From the human T2T-CHM13v2.0 reference genome, Homo sapiens: 64,000 bases of DNA. A program made the translations under genes and the position numbers. Positions 12,099-23,798 of the stretch are shown in pieces. The stretch is taken from assembly GCF_009914755.1 (NCBI RefSeq), contig NC_060932.1. The stretch is one strand, 5' to 3'. A model generated the notes under the pieces. The model was not told where the DNA came from, searched no databases, and saw only the letters and a list, made by a program, of their open reading frames with translations. Each line of letters opens with the position of its first letter. The stretch's first letter is position 1.

Positions 12099-13409
12099 AC
12101 TATTAACCAAATAGATACAGTCCTTACCCTTAAGAAGCTGTATCTCAAATGAATGATCCAAAATGAGATTAAATTCATAGAGAGACAGGGAAGAGAATTA
12201 TCTCAAAACAAAGCACAGAACACTAAAGAAGAGAAGTTAATCAATAAATAAAGCAAAATTAATCACAGAAGAATATGTGCTGAGTGGAAAATGCACCTTG
12301 CAAGAAAGACACTTTATCCTCGGGTAAACAACCGGGGAGAGTGTGCAGGGAAGAAGAGCAACTTTGCAAATTACCATTTTCTTTCATGTTGATCAACCCA
12401 GGGGTTCTCGCTCATAAAATTAAAAGAAATAAAATTAAACTGTAACCAGCTCCCTTGGGCTCCTTGGAAGCGCTCACGCGGCATGGAGGGGGCTGTGAGG
12501 TGGGAAGCACATTAGGATCCTTCCATCATACTGCTTTACTTCCACATCTATCTTGTGATGCCAAAGCTACATGATCAGCAAGAATAGCAATGTCTCCCAG
12601 ACAAAGGGGTGCCCATTTCCTCAGGACCACCCACCTTGACCCCAGGCAAAGCCTCCAAGACTAGGGCAGCTCTCACTTCCTTCTGCATCCACGTCCCTTC
12701 CACTCAGCCCATCAAGCATGCACATTGCCCATTTGCTCTGTGTCAGTGGCACAAAAGTGCCACTGGGCATGCAGATGTCCCAGGCATGGTACCTCCCCTC
12801 AAGGAATCTATGACCCAGTTGCAGAGAAAAGGCCAACATGAGGAACAACCAGAGAACAATGTTAAGATGAATTCTGTGCTCTTTCCACAGAGCCCTACCA
12901 CCTGCGCCAACCCCCTCCTTTTTTTCCCCAATTTCCTTGATTTTCATCAGGAGCTCCATATTTTTAGGTGTTATGTTAACCTCTGACATTGGGTTTCCCG
13001 TCTGGAACACAGAATTGATGTAAGAAAAAAAAAGATGAAAATTAAACCTTTAGCTCTTAACTTTGCAAGTTAACTGTGTAAGTAAATCATTTATATGTTT
13101 TAAAAAGTGATGGATTAAATGTAAATATTACCTGTTATCATTGACAGGTCAAAGGTGATGTCATCAGTGGAGCACAAATTAGACTATATGGCCATTCCTG
13201 GAATATATGCTGAACACTAAGGTAGTTATACTCTTTGAGGGTGAAACCTTTGGCTTAACAACTAGATAATGAGCATGAGCCCCCAACAAGGGAAACCACT
13301 TCCCTCTTAAACAGCAATGGATCCTGCAGGTCTGGAACAGAATGTTGGAATGCCTGCTTTCTTTGCTGCTACTCCTCCTTATTCTTTCCTTGCACTGCCC
13401 CCCTCCCTT

Positions 13410-13430
13410 GTGTGTGTGTGTGTGTGTGTG
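13410..13430. repeat. (TG)n microsatellite
   Basis: About 10 TG units. Confidence 0.9.
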
Positions 13431-13810
13431 ATCAACTTTGTTTTAGAAGAGCAAATAGAAATTGATTATGCAGGTCCCATTAATTGCCAGGAACTAAAGC
13501 ATTTTACAAGCATCATCTAATTGAGTTCTCATAACCACTCTGCTCATCTGACATTATTTCCCCTCATGTATTGAAGAAACCAAGCCTCTGAAACTTCAAA
13601 TGACCCACCCTGCATCACACAACAAGTGAATGGCAGAAATCAGGTCTGCACCAAATCTGTTTGCCTTCAAAGCTCATGCTGTCTTCAACGCGAACTACCC
13701 TCCAAGTTATTGCTTTGCTTCACAGGTCAGAACTCTCTGAGTAAGAATCTCTGAGTATTCCACTCTAGCATCTCTTCTCTCATTCTTTCTGGAATCCCTT
13801 GTTTTAGTTC

Positions 13811-14700
13811 TGTATTCATCAGTTCTCAGGGTTCTCCAGAGAAACAGAACAGGGTGTATACATAAATATACATGTGCATATGCAATATGTAATATATATT
13901 ACCTATACATATATATACACATATATATACACATATATACGTATATATGTGTATATACACATATGTATGCATATACGCATATATGTGTACATATGCATAT
14001 ATGTATATATGCATATATGTATATACGTATATACATATATGCGCATATATGTATATACGTATATACATATATGCGCACATATGTATATATACGCATGTGT
14101 ATACATATACACACATACATGGGTATATATACATATACACACATACATGGGTATATATACATATATACACCTATACACGTGTGTATACACACCTATACAC
14201 GTGTGTGTATACACATACATATATATATGGATGTGTTTACACATCCTATTGGCTCTGAGAATGAGAAAGAGATGGCGAGAGACAGAGAGAAGTTTATTAA
14301 GGGGGTTGGCTCATGTGATTATGGAGACCAAAAAGTCTCTCATTCTGCTCTCTGTAGGCTAGAGAAACGGGAGAGTCAGTGGTATAATTCAGTCCAGTTT
14401 CAAAGGTCTGAGAACCAACAGTGTCGACGTCCATGTCCAAGGGCAGGAGAAGACAAATGTCCCAGCTCAAACAGAGAATGAATTTGCTCTTCCTCTGCCT
14501 TTGTATTCTATTCAGCATCTCAGTGGATTGAATGATGCTCACCCACATTAGTGAGAGGGGATCTTCTTTACTCAGTCCACCAAATCATGTGCCAATCACT
14601 TCCAGAAATGCCATCACTGACACACCCAGAATAATGTGCTACCAGCTATCTGGGAATCCTTTAGCCCAGTCACATAAACAGATAAAATTAACCGTCAAAA
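13811..14700 (-). mobile_element. MLT2 (ERVL) solo LTR with an expanded internal simple repeat
   Basis: CAGGGTTCTCCAGAGAAACAGAAC at the left end; TTGGCTCATGTGATTATGGAG...AAAATTAACC at the right end. Confidence 0.85.
13855..14245. repeat. (TA/CA/TG)n alternating purine-pyrimidine compound repeat, ~390 bp
   Basis: Seen directly; source of the Tyr/Ile/His/Met-rich spurious ORFs at 13826-14481. Confidence 0.95.
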
Positions 14701-15115
14701 GTCCCAAGCTCAGCCTCTTTTATTAACATAACAGGAGGATCCTGGGGGTGAATGGCAGAGAGGGGTGGCTCTCTCTCCCACATCTGTCTCAGTGTTTCTG
14801 TAAACCAAAGAGCAGGGGAAGCCCTTTGGGACACCGCTTAGATATCTCTCACCCCTCCCTAAGGGTGTCCCCTTTCCTCCTCTTTCTGGATTCTTAAGCA
14901 CAAAGGTCATTAAAGATGATAGGATTCTGGAGACCCTCTAGTGCAGCAGGTCCCACACATGACCAGGCATGCCATCACCTGGTGACCTCTTGAAATAGGC
15001 AGATCTCAGGGCTCCATTGCTTTCTTGTGGTTCTTAGGCAGTAGATTCTAAATTCAGAAAAATGTTATTGTTAAAGCCTCCTGGGTAATTGAGATGATCA
15101 ATCCAATGTGGGCAC

Positions 15116-15505
15116 TGTTGTGGCCTGAATTCTGTTCTCCCAAAATTCATATATTGAGGTTCTAACCTCCAGTACCTCAAAATATGACTATTTTTAAAAA
15201 CAGGGCCCCTAAAGGGGCAATTAAATTAAAATGAGGTTATTCTGATGGGCCCTGATTTAATATGACTGGTGTCCTTTTAGGAAGAGAGAATTTGGGCACA
15301 GACAGGTACATAGGAAAGACTATACAAAAACAAAGAGAATAAGAGGGCCATATACAAGCCAAGAGAGAGGCCTGAGGAGAAACTAACCTTGCTGACACCT
15401 TGAATTTGGACTTCTGGCCTCCAGAGCTGTGAAAAAAAAATTAATCTCCATTATTTAAGCCACCAGATCTGTGGTATTTATCTTGGCAGCCCAAATGCAT
15501 TAATA
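15116..15505 (+). mobile_element. MLT1B/C-type MaLR solo LTR
   Basis: TGTTGTGGCCTGAATT...CCAAAATTCATATATTGAGG...TTTAAGCCACCAGATCTGTGGTATTT. Confidence 0.85.
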
Positions 15506-16099
15506 TGGGCCCTCCAAAGCTAGTCCAAACTTCTCATGGTAAAGATGTAGAAACTAAGGTCTAAGGAGGTCAAGTGGTTTACCCAAGACCACTGAGAAGG
15601 TTAGTGGGAGGGCTGAGGCTCAAATTGTGTACGGGCATACAGTTCAGAGCGCATTCCATGATCCCATACTGACTCTAGGGACCCGAGAGTCAGACTATCC
15701 CCCAGCCTCCACAAAGCCTTCCCAGAGGACTCGTGGTATCACGCTGTTACTTTATTCCTTTGACCTTTCATAGTATTAAAGCCTCACTTCTGCACTGGAC
15801 AGGGTCACCTTTGAAATGGTCATCATCTAGCCTTCCCTGCTGAACCATGCCCCTGTAGTACTCGAAAGAATGCTGGACACAAGGTACAAGAAAAACAAGT
15901 GTTTCAATAGGTAACTGATTGACCTGAGAATGGTAAGGAAGAGGGAGGATCTGTCCTCTCCCACAGAACCTCAAAAAAAAGAGTATGCGCATCCCTGATT
16001 CACTTACATGTGGTCTGACCTAGTATTCACTATAGAATCAGGTCTAGGTAATCAAAGGAGGCTACTTTCCATATCCATCCTTTGAAATAGTAATTCTCC

Positions 16100-16295
16100 A
16101 ATCAGAGGACACAGTCCCAATTCTGTCACTAATTTTCCCTGTGATCTTGAGCCCATCATTTAGATTATTCAGACATTCATTTCCTCATATACAGAATGGG
16201 AGAAAAATAAGTGCCTGCCTTACCTATTTCATAGACATACAGTGAATATCAAATAAGATAATGTATAAGAAAGCACTTGGAAAGGTATAAAAATG
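16100..16295 (+). mobile_element. MIR SINE
   Basis: CTGTGATCTTGAGC...TTTCCTCATATACAGAATGGG...AAAGCACTT. Confidence 0.6.
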
Positions 16296-17453
16296 TTGCT
16301 GAAATACAAAATGTGACAAATCCTTCATCCTCAAGAAATAAATGTGGATCAGAATGAATCTGTCTGGAGAATGCAGCAGAAATCATAATAAAAACTTGAG
16401 ACCTCATTGATAGGCAGCCTGCGTGACTGGCTTTCAAATTTGGTGAGGAAATTTTGGTGCATAATGAAAAGAACATAAAACTGGAAATCTGAGGATGAGC
16501 TGCTGGACCCAGCCCCATCAGGAACAACCTGTGCGCTCTCGCATGAGGCTCTAACTCCTCCTCCCAGGCTATGTCTCCTCATGCCAAAGGTGAGGACAAT
16601 AGTGCCCACCTCCTTTTCCAAGCAAGGTGATTATAAAGATCAAATGAAATTATATGTAAATACAAAGCAGAACACTATACAAACAGATCATATGCCTGAA
16701 TTTAAAAATATATATTAAATAAACTGAGTGAGACAGGACAGAGATGTCAGAGAGAAACGGAAAGTAAAAAGGATTCTAGCTGGAGGAGCTGCAAGTTTAA
16801 CCTAAAGATGTTCTGACTAGAAAGTCAGTTAGAGAGCATCAGAAAGGGCTTGAAAGTAGGGAATCACGCAGCTAAGCAGAAGTAGACCAGCCGAGAGAGA
16901 AAATAAAAATTCAGAGAAGTGTCTCCAAGTAAAGATTGTGTGACTCGAAGAATTACATTATCACGAAGTTGAGTGGAGCAAAGCTAAGCCTTTTTACAGG
17001 TGTAATACCTGAAGAAAACATGCAGTAAGGCCCATATTTCCTTAGTAAACAGGGCAACTGTGAAAAAGAGCTATGGCTTACACTGTGGAAAGAAGCTAAA
17101 AACCTTGGAGTGAGAGAGAAACTCAAAGTCTGGTCAGTTCTTTCACCTGCATCAAACCAAATTGAGCAATGACACTCTGTATTTCTAGTTTGGCCACCTA
17201 TCCATATGGTTCACCTCTTGATTGTGCTAAACTTTCTTGTTACACAGATTTTATAGCCAGCTGGTGAAACATACAACACCCTGAAAATATTAGGAGAGAC
17301 AAAGTAGGAGGAACAGAGCCATGCATTGCCTCTACTCGGCATTTATTAAATGTTCAACTCTCAGAACAACTCAGAAAATGTTAAAAGTAGAAACCCATAA
17401 GTCTAATTAGTAAGCAAGGAAATTGAAGGTCAGCATGATAGAAGACAAGTTTG

Positions 17454-18113
17454 CATGTTTATAGGAGCACAATTCACAACTTCAAAAATATGGAACCAGC
17501 CTAAATGCCCATCAACCAATGAGTGGATAAAGAAAACGTGATATGTATATATGATATATACATATATACATATATGATATACATGTATCACATATATCAC
17601 ATTTTCTTTATATATGATATGTATCACATTTTCTTTATAGATATATGTATGTCACATTTTCTTTATATATAGATGTATGTATATCACATTTTCTTTATAA
17701 ATAGATATATGTATATCACATTTTCTTTACATATATACACATACAAATACATATATATACTATGGAATACTACTCAGCTATAAAAAGGAATGAAATAATG
17801 GTATTTGCAGCAACCTTGATGGAGCTAGAGACCATTATTCTAAGTGAAGTAACTCAGGAATGGAAAACCAAACATCGTATGTTATTACTTACAAGTGGAA
17901 GCTGAGCTATGAGAACGCAAAGGCGTAAGAATGATAAATGGACTTTGGGGACTTGGGGGACCGGTGGAAGGGGAGTGAGGGATAAAAGACTACACATTGA
18001 GTACAGTGTACATTCTTTGGGTGACAGGTACACCAAAATCTCAGAAATCACCACTAAAGAACTTTTTCATGCAACCAAACACCACCTGTTCCCCAAAAAC
18101 TATTGGGGAAAAA
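17454..18113 (+). mobile_element. 5'-truncated L1 (L1PB/L1MA-type) 3' end with an internal TA-rich minisatellite (~17540-17760)
   Basis: ORF2 end (TGGAACCAGCCTAAATGCCCATCAACCAATGAGTGGATAAAG) and 3' UTR; probable TSD AAGACAAGTTTG (17442-17453) / AAGACAAATTTG (18114-18125). Confidence 0.88.
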
Positions 18114-18134
18114 AAGACAAATTTGAGCCCAAGA

Positions 18135-18615
18135 CCAGACTCAGCTGAGATTAACAAACACTTGAAAAATACTGGCATCTCATAATAGAGTTTTATTTCT
18201 TTCTTAAATAAAAAATCCAGAGGTAGCTGTCAGTGGGTATCATAGCACATCTCCAGTCATCAGAGATGAAGCTCTTTCTAGCTTTCTCCCACTATCTCTA
18301 AGATGTGGTCCTCGTTGTCATGGTTCTGGAAAGTTGCTAGAGCTCCAGATATCACCTTTATGATCCAAGCATCCAAATGGAAAAAAAAGAGACTTTTGTC
18401 AAGACTTCTTTTACAAGACTTCTTGCAACCCTCATTTGACACTTTCCCTTACAGATCATTGGCTAAAACTTAACCACGTGGCCTTAGTCACAAAAGATTG
18501 CTGGAAATCCCTTTTATCTGGAGAACAAAGTATTCAATTAAAAATTGCGCTCTGTTACTATATAAAAGGAAGTGTGAATTTCAGAAGTAACCAGGAGTCT
18601 CTGCTACACCAGTTT
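18135..18615 (-). mobile_element. Old MLT1 (J/K-like) LTR
   Basis: TTGCTAGAGCTCCAGATATCACC and CATTGGCTAAAACTTAACCACGTGGCC resemble old MLT1. Confidence 0.5.
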
Positions 18616-19809
18616 ATGAATTCCTAAGTCTATGTTCTTTGTCAGTAGCAGAAAATCACTAAAAATCATCTGTTTGAGGATTCCTCAGACCTATTTGGAC
18701 ACATCTGGTGTCAGCTTAATCTAGTCCTGCTGCTAAATGGGAAAATAAAAGCAACATATTTTGATCACTGTTCCTACTGCTATTATTCAGGGGACAATTG
18801 GGCTCGATGGAACAAAGGTTGCCGTGAACATTGAAGAGAAGCCCAGGAAGTTTTCCTATGTCTGCTCAACCAAGAGATGACTTTTATGTATTGTCATGAA
18901 AATTACAGACTGAAATGTTTTTGATGTAAATGTAATTTGGAAGGAGAAATTTCAAGACTGGAAAAAGAATGGCTGAAATCAGAGTTAAATTTTGTTCTCT
19001 CCATTGGCCTTTGATCTTCCTGAACTGAAAATTTCTAAAAGGAAACAGAGCAGAGGCAAATTTTACAGCTTCTGAAAACAACTCTAGATATATTTTACAA
19101 CTGTAACTGATCATGAGGAAATACCACAGTTGTAAAAAGGCAACATAAAATCACCTACGGACCTAGCGTTCTGGAATCTAGGGGGAGCAAACCAAATGCC
19201 CATTGTGTTCACTCACTGAACACAACGCTGTAGCATTGGGTCAGGTCAGGGCTGGCTGTGTTTTCCTCCAGCCCAGAGCCCACAGCATCCCTCAGCATGG
19301 CTCCAGAAGCTCATCCTGGCCTGATTCTGCACCATTCGAAGCCAGCCTAGACGAACTCTTTCTGGACTATACATAGGGATCCAGAAAACTGGGGAAGATT
19401 CCAACCCTAGGTCTGCCCCAAACTGAGCCGCCCTGTGCATGTCATTTGCCTAGCCTGGACCTCTGTATTCTCATGTGTAAAATAAGCATGCAGACCAGTT
19501 AACCATCCTTTCAGTTTCAAATTTCATGGACATTAAAGAGATGACAATGTACGTTTGGGTGAACAGAGGCAGAGGAGTGGGAGAAGCAGGAAGTAACTAA
19601 ACCATTCTGGTTCTTCAAATTCCCACACTAAGTACAGGGAAATTCTCAAACATTTTTATCTAATCTCCCATTCAAGCCAACAAGAGCAGCCAGGAATCAA
19701 CTATCATTTGAACTGACCACCCTGGAACGCCGGGCGAGAAGCCTTATGCTGTCCTCAGAGATGCAGAAGGTATCAAAATGCAGCATAGTGCCATGAGCCT
19801 GTCAAAAGC

Positions 19810-20045
19810 CTCAGAAGCCTGGACTCTTGACTCAGACAGACCTGAATTCGATTTCCAGATCAACAGCTTCCTGTGTGTGGTCCCTGGGCAAGTTTCCTGA
19901 GCTTTCTATCTCTCAGTGTCCTAATTTCTAACAGGTAAATAGTAACAGTACCTATCATAGAACTAGATATAGACACAGTACACATAAAGCACTTAGCAGA
20001 GTGTCTGACACATACTAGGCATTCATGAACTATTAACTATTGTTA
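19810..20045 (+). mobile_element. MIR SINE
   Basis: CAGACAGACCTGAATTCG...CTGGGCAAGT...AAAGCACTTAGCAGAGTGTCTGACACATA. Confidence 0.75.
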
Positions 20046-21216
20046 GAAGCCTTATTTACAACACTTAGAGACAGAACAAATTCTGTTTCTCGGGATTTTG
20101 GAGTTTGTAAGCCTGTTTTGAGCCTTCTATGCCTTAAACCTCAGAATGATCCAAATGCATGCAAAGGTTTTGTCCTAAATCTGGAAGTTGTCCACTGTTC
20201 CACCCAATAATTCAAAACCCAGAACAGAAGCTGTGTGTGTCTCTGTGTGCGTGCATGCACCCTTGCATGTATGAAATTCAATGAATGAAGTAAAGGAAAG
20301 GAATTCTGTTCTCTATAAAAGGGGGTGGGGCGTGGAGAGGGCAGCTTTCCAATCACAGTATGACCCCTCATTCCCTATTTTTTGGAATTTTCAGTCTTTC
20401 TGAACTGACAGCTACTTCCAAGAAGAACCAGGTACTGACAGACATTACCTGGACACATAACATAAAGCTCTTCTTAATCAATGGAGGCGACTCTGCTGAA
20501 AATCTGGTGATTTTCATCTGGAGCTGACAACATGGTAATTTATATTCTGCACAGCGTAACCAAAGAGCTTGTTATGCAAACAGAGGCCACTGATTTGACA
20601 AATCTCCTGGAAACAGAATTAATGTCTGTATTCTGTGCAAAGATGTAATTTATTTTAATATTTTAAAGAGATAATATATATCTATCTATCTCTATATATT
20701 CAGGGAGTGAGATATATACACACAGAGAGATATGTATATTTAAATAGAGCCGAGCCAGGGGGTTGGGGCTGGCGTGTTGCTGCATTAAGAGGTTCAAGAA
20801 CTACAGTAGAAATGGCATTGCTGATTATTCCCGGCATCTTTCATTTGGTGTGTTTCTTTTTCTATTCCTGATGATAATATAAATATTATTCTTTTGTGGA
20901 AATGCTTTATTTATTGTGCCAGAGCAAGGAATGCATTTCATGATAATTGAGGGTTTTTTTTTTTTTTTTTTGACGGAGAACAAGTTGAGCTCTACCCAAC
21001 TACAGGAAAAGTTTTAATTGGGTGGAAGTCTCTGGTGGGCATTTCCTAGCCATCATATTTTATTTTCTTAAAGGAAAAGTTTTAGTTACAAAAGAAAAAG
21101 ATCAGCGCTTGCTGGTTATAAGAAACCAGTTCTATCCCGATGCCTACGCCAAAGCATGAGACCAACAGAGTCTGGGGAGCAGTTCCAGAGGGAAGTATTT
21201 TAATGGTTTTTTTCTT

Positions 21217-21515
21217 GGCCTGGTGCAGTGGCTCCCACGTGTAACCCCAGCGTTTGGGAGGCCAAGGAGAGAGGCTTACTTGAGGCCAGTAGTTTGGGAC
21301 CAGCCTGGGCAACATAGCAAGATCCTGTCTCTACAATAATTTAAAAAAATTAGCCGGGCCTAGTAGCAAGCACCTGTAGTCCCAGCTACTCAGGAGGTTG
21401 AGGCAGGAAGATCATTTGAGCCCAGGAGTTTGAGATCAGCCTGGGCAACATAGTGAGACCCTGTCTCTGTAGAATATTCTAAACTAGTTAGTAAGTAAGT
21501 AAGTAAATAAATAAA
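21217..21515 (+). mobile_element. AluJ-like element whose right arm lacks the ~31-bp insert; (TAAG/TAAA)n tail
   Basis: Both monomers end GAGTTTG(G/A)GA(C/T)CAGCCTGGGCAACATAG, the left-arm-type ending. Confidence 0.8.
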
Positions 21516-22354
21516 GGTTTCCCTCAAAAAAGAGTTATAATACTTCTTTTGGGAACAAGCACTCCAGATCCCAGCATCCTGAGCTTTGACAGATATTTGA
21601 CTTTGGAAGGAGGCCATAATGCATTGTTCTTTCTCAATGAAAAAAATACATAAAGAAGTGCCTCCTAACCCAGTCCTCGCAGTTCTCTGCCCCTTCTTTA
21701 TACTCACCACCCACTTCCATTTCAACACCATGATTTAAGGAATTACATCCACTCTATCCTGACTCTCCAATTCTTTTGAGCCTGATCACTCTCTCCTGCC
21801 TAGCCTTAAGCCCTTGTGGAAAAACCTAATCAAACCTGCCAAATCTGTTGTTGATGCTTAGTGAAGGGGTCTAAACGAAAAATCAATGTTCCTTGGCCCA
21901 AGGGATGCATTTCGCCATTTTCCCCATTAATGTCATGTCAGGAATGTCACCAGGAAGCCAGGCTGCTTAGTAGAGCATCAGTTCACATTTGGAAAGGCCC
22001 CTGACAGCAGAGAGGCAGATGAAGTCAGAGGACAGTCCCAAAGAGAAGGAGGTGCTGAGGAGAAGAGTGGGGGTCCTGAGATCTGCCATGGACCCCCCAA
22101 TCTCCCAGTGTTTGTGCTCTGAGCTTTTCTTCCCCTTACCCCAAGACCCTCATCCTCTCACTGCTAACTGGCTTCTGGCCCCCAGTGGAGCTGTGGCCTC
22201 TTGCTAGCCACAGAGTGGCCATGACACATAACTGAGACTCAGATTTAACCAACAGCTCTGCACCAGCTTCTGATATCCAACAGTGTGGCTGGTACCCCAT
22301 GCCTTAGTTAAAGAATCAGAAGATCTGGGTGCCAGACCTGGTTCTGTGGCTACT

Positions 22355-22422
22355 GAGGTGAGGAAGAAGCACAACTAAATACATCTTAGCTAGAGGGAGC
22401 AGCAGAGGAGATTTTTCTTAAG
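22355..22422 (+). repeat. 68-bp dispersed direct repeat, copy 1 (copy 2 at 23731-23798)
   Basis: 66/68 identity, read directly. Confidence 0.95.
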
Positions 22423-22474
22423 TAGGTCAGTTATTGGCTTGGGGAAAATTTCATCTCATCCTTTAAGCATTTCC

Positions 22475-22550
22475 AGACAATGCAATATTAGATGTTCTCA
22501 CGGACAAGGCAATATTAGGTGTTCTCATAGACAAGGTGATGTTAGGCATG
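22475..22550 (+). repeat. 27-bp tandem repeat, ~2.8 copies
   Basis: AGACAATGCAATATTAGATGTTCTCAC / GGACAAGGCAATATTAGGTGTTCTCAT / AGACAAGGTGATGTTAGG. Confidence 0.85.
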
Positions 22551-23730
22551 CTTTCATCTCTGCTCCTTCAACACTCATGACTTCCATACATAAGCAGTGC
22601 CTCCTACCACTCTGTCTGGTAACTGCCTCTTTATTCATCTCTCCGTCATGTTTATGAGCTCCTTGAGAGCAGTGATTGGTCAATTTAGAGTTGTGTATCC
22701 AACACACAGCTCAGCACTTGGCTACAGTTGAAACTCAGTAACCATTGGTTGAATACATGGATGAATTCAAGGAAGAAAGGAGGTAGACGCAGACACTCAT
22801 CTGGCTTTTCATTGGCTTTTTAAAATAAATTCCCTAGGCCTGCTAGAGTGGGGAGAGAGGTAAAGATGCAGAAATGGCCCAACTTGGGTTTTGAGCTAAG
22901 TGCTCAAGTTTCCAACGCGTGGCTCATGGAGGAGATGTGAGAGCTTAGCCGAACTTACTAATCCCCTATACTAGAGCAAACCAGGAACGAATGGTATTTT
23001 AGACTAACTATAGACCCTGATTCTAAAGCAACTTGAATCAAATCACTTAAAACTACACAGAAATGTTTACACCGTGGAGCACTTTCTTGCTAAGAGATGC
23101 CTGTGAAAATAGTAGCCTACGGCTTCCTATCCGTGGAGATGGTCATTCATTACACCTCACCAAGAATAAGCCTAATTTACATGGTTGTGATTGTTGTTCA
23201 AATCCTCAGCCAGGGTTGGTGGGGTCTCTGGCCATTGTAGGTGGGCAGAGCCACACCCGTGGAGTCTTATCCATGGGTCTTTCTATGACTTCAGTGTTCC
23301 AGGTGCTAGTGGATGGAAGGGAGCTCACCCTCGGAGAGCAAGCATGAGAAAAGCCTGCAGAGACCAGCTCTGCATTGTCTTTGGGGTTAGGATTAACGAG
23401 TAAATGGATCTCCGTCTTCTAGGGTGTCACTGCTTTAATAGCACCCACACTTTATATCGCAACAGTCTGAGAAGTGCCTCCATTTCACCTAGTCATGCAG
23501 CAACAGAAGAAGTCAAATTTATGCTCAACGGGGTCATCTTCTTTCCTACCCCCATGACCTTCACTTCACCCAGCCCCAGAGGAATCAGAATTTCCTCCCA
23601 AACCTCTCCAGACCACACTAGAGCTTTAAGTCCCACCTGCAAGGGTTTTGACTCTAGAGACATTTACCCCAGAAAAGAAGCAGAGCTCCAAAGTGGACCA
23701 GCAAGATGCATGACCAAGGTGGGAGGCAGA

Positions 23731-23798
23731 GAGGTGAGGAAGAAGCAGAACTAAATACATCTTAGCTAGAGGGAGCAGCAGAGGAGATTTTTCTCAAG
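23731..23798 (+). repeat. 68-bp dispersed direct repeat, copy 2
   Basis: GAGGTGAGGAAGAAGCAGAACTAAATACATCTTAGCTAGAGGGAGCAGCAGAGGAGATTTTTCTCAAG. Confidence 0.95.

Noticed and set aside
13826-14481. Long ORFs in six frames (Tyr/Ile/His/Met-rich)
   Set aside because: Translations of the (TA/CA)n repeat and the MLT2 LTR
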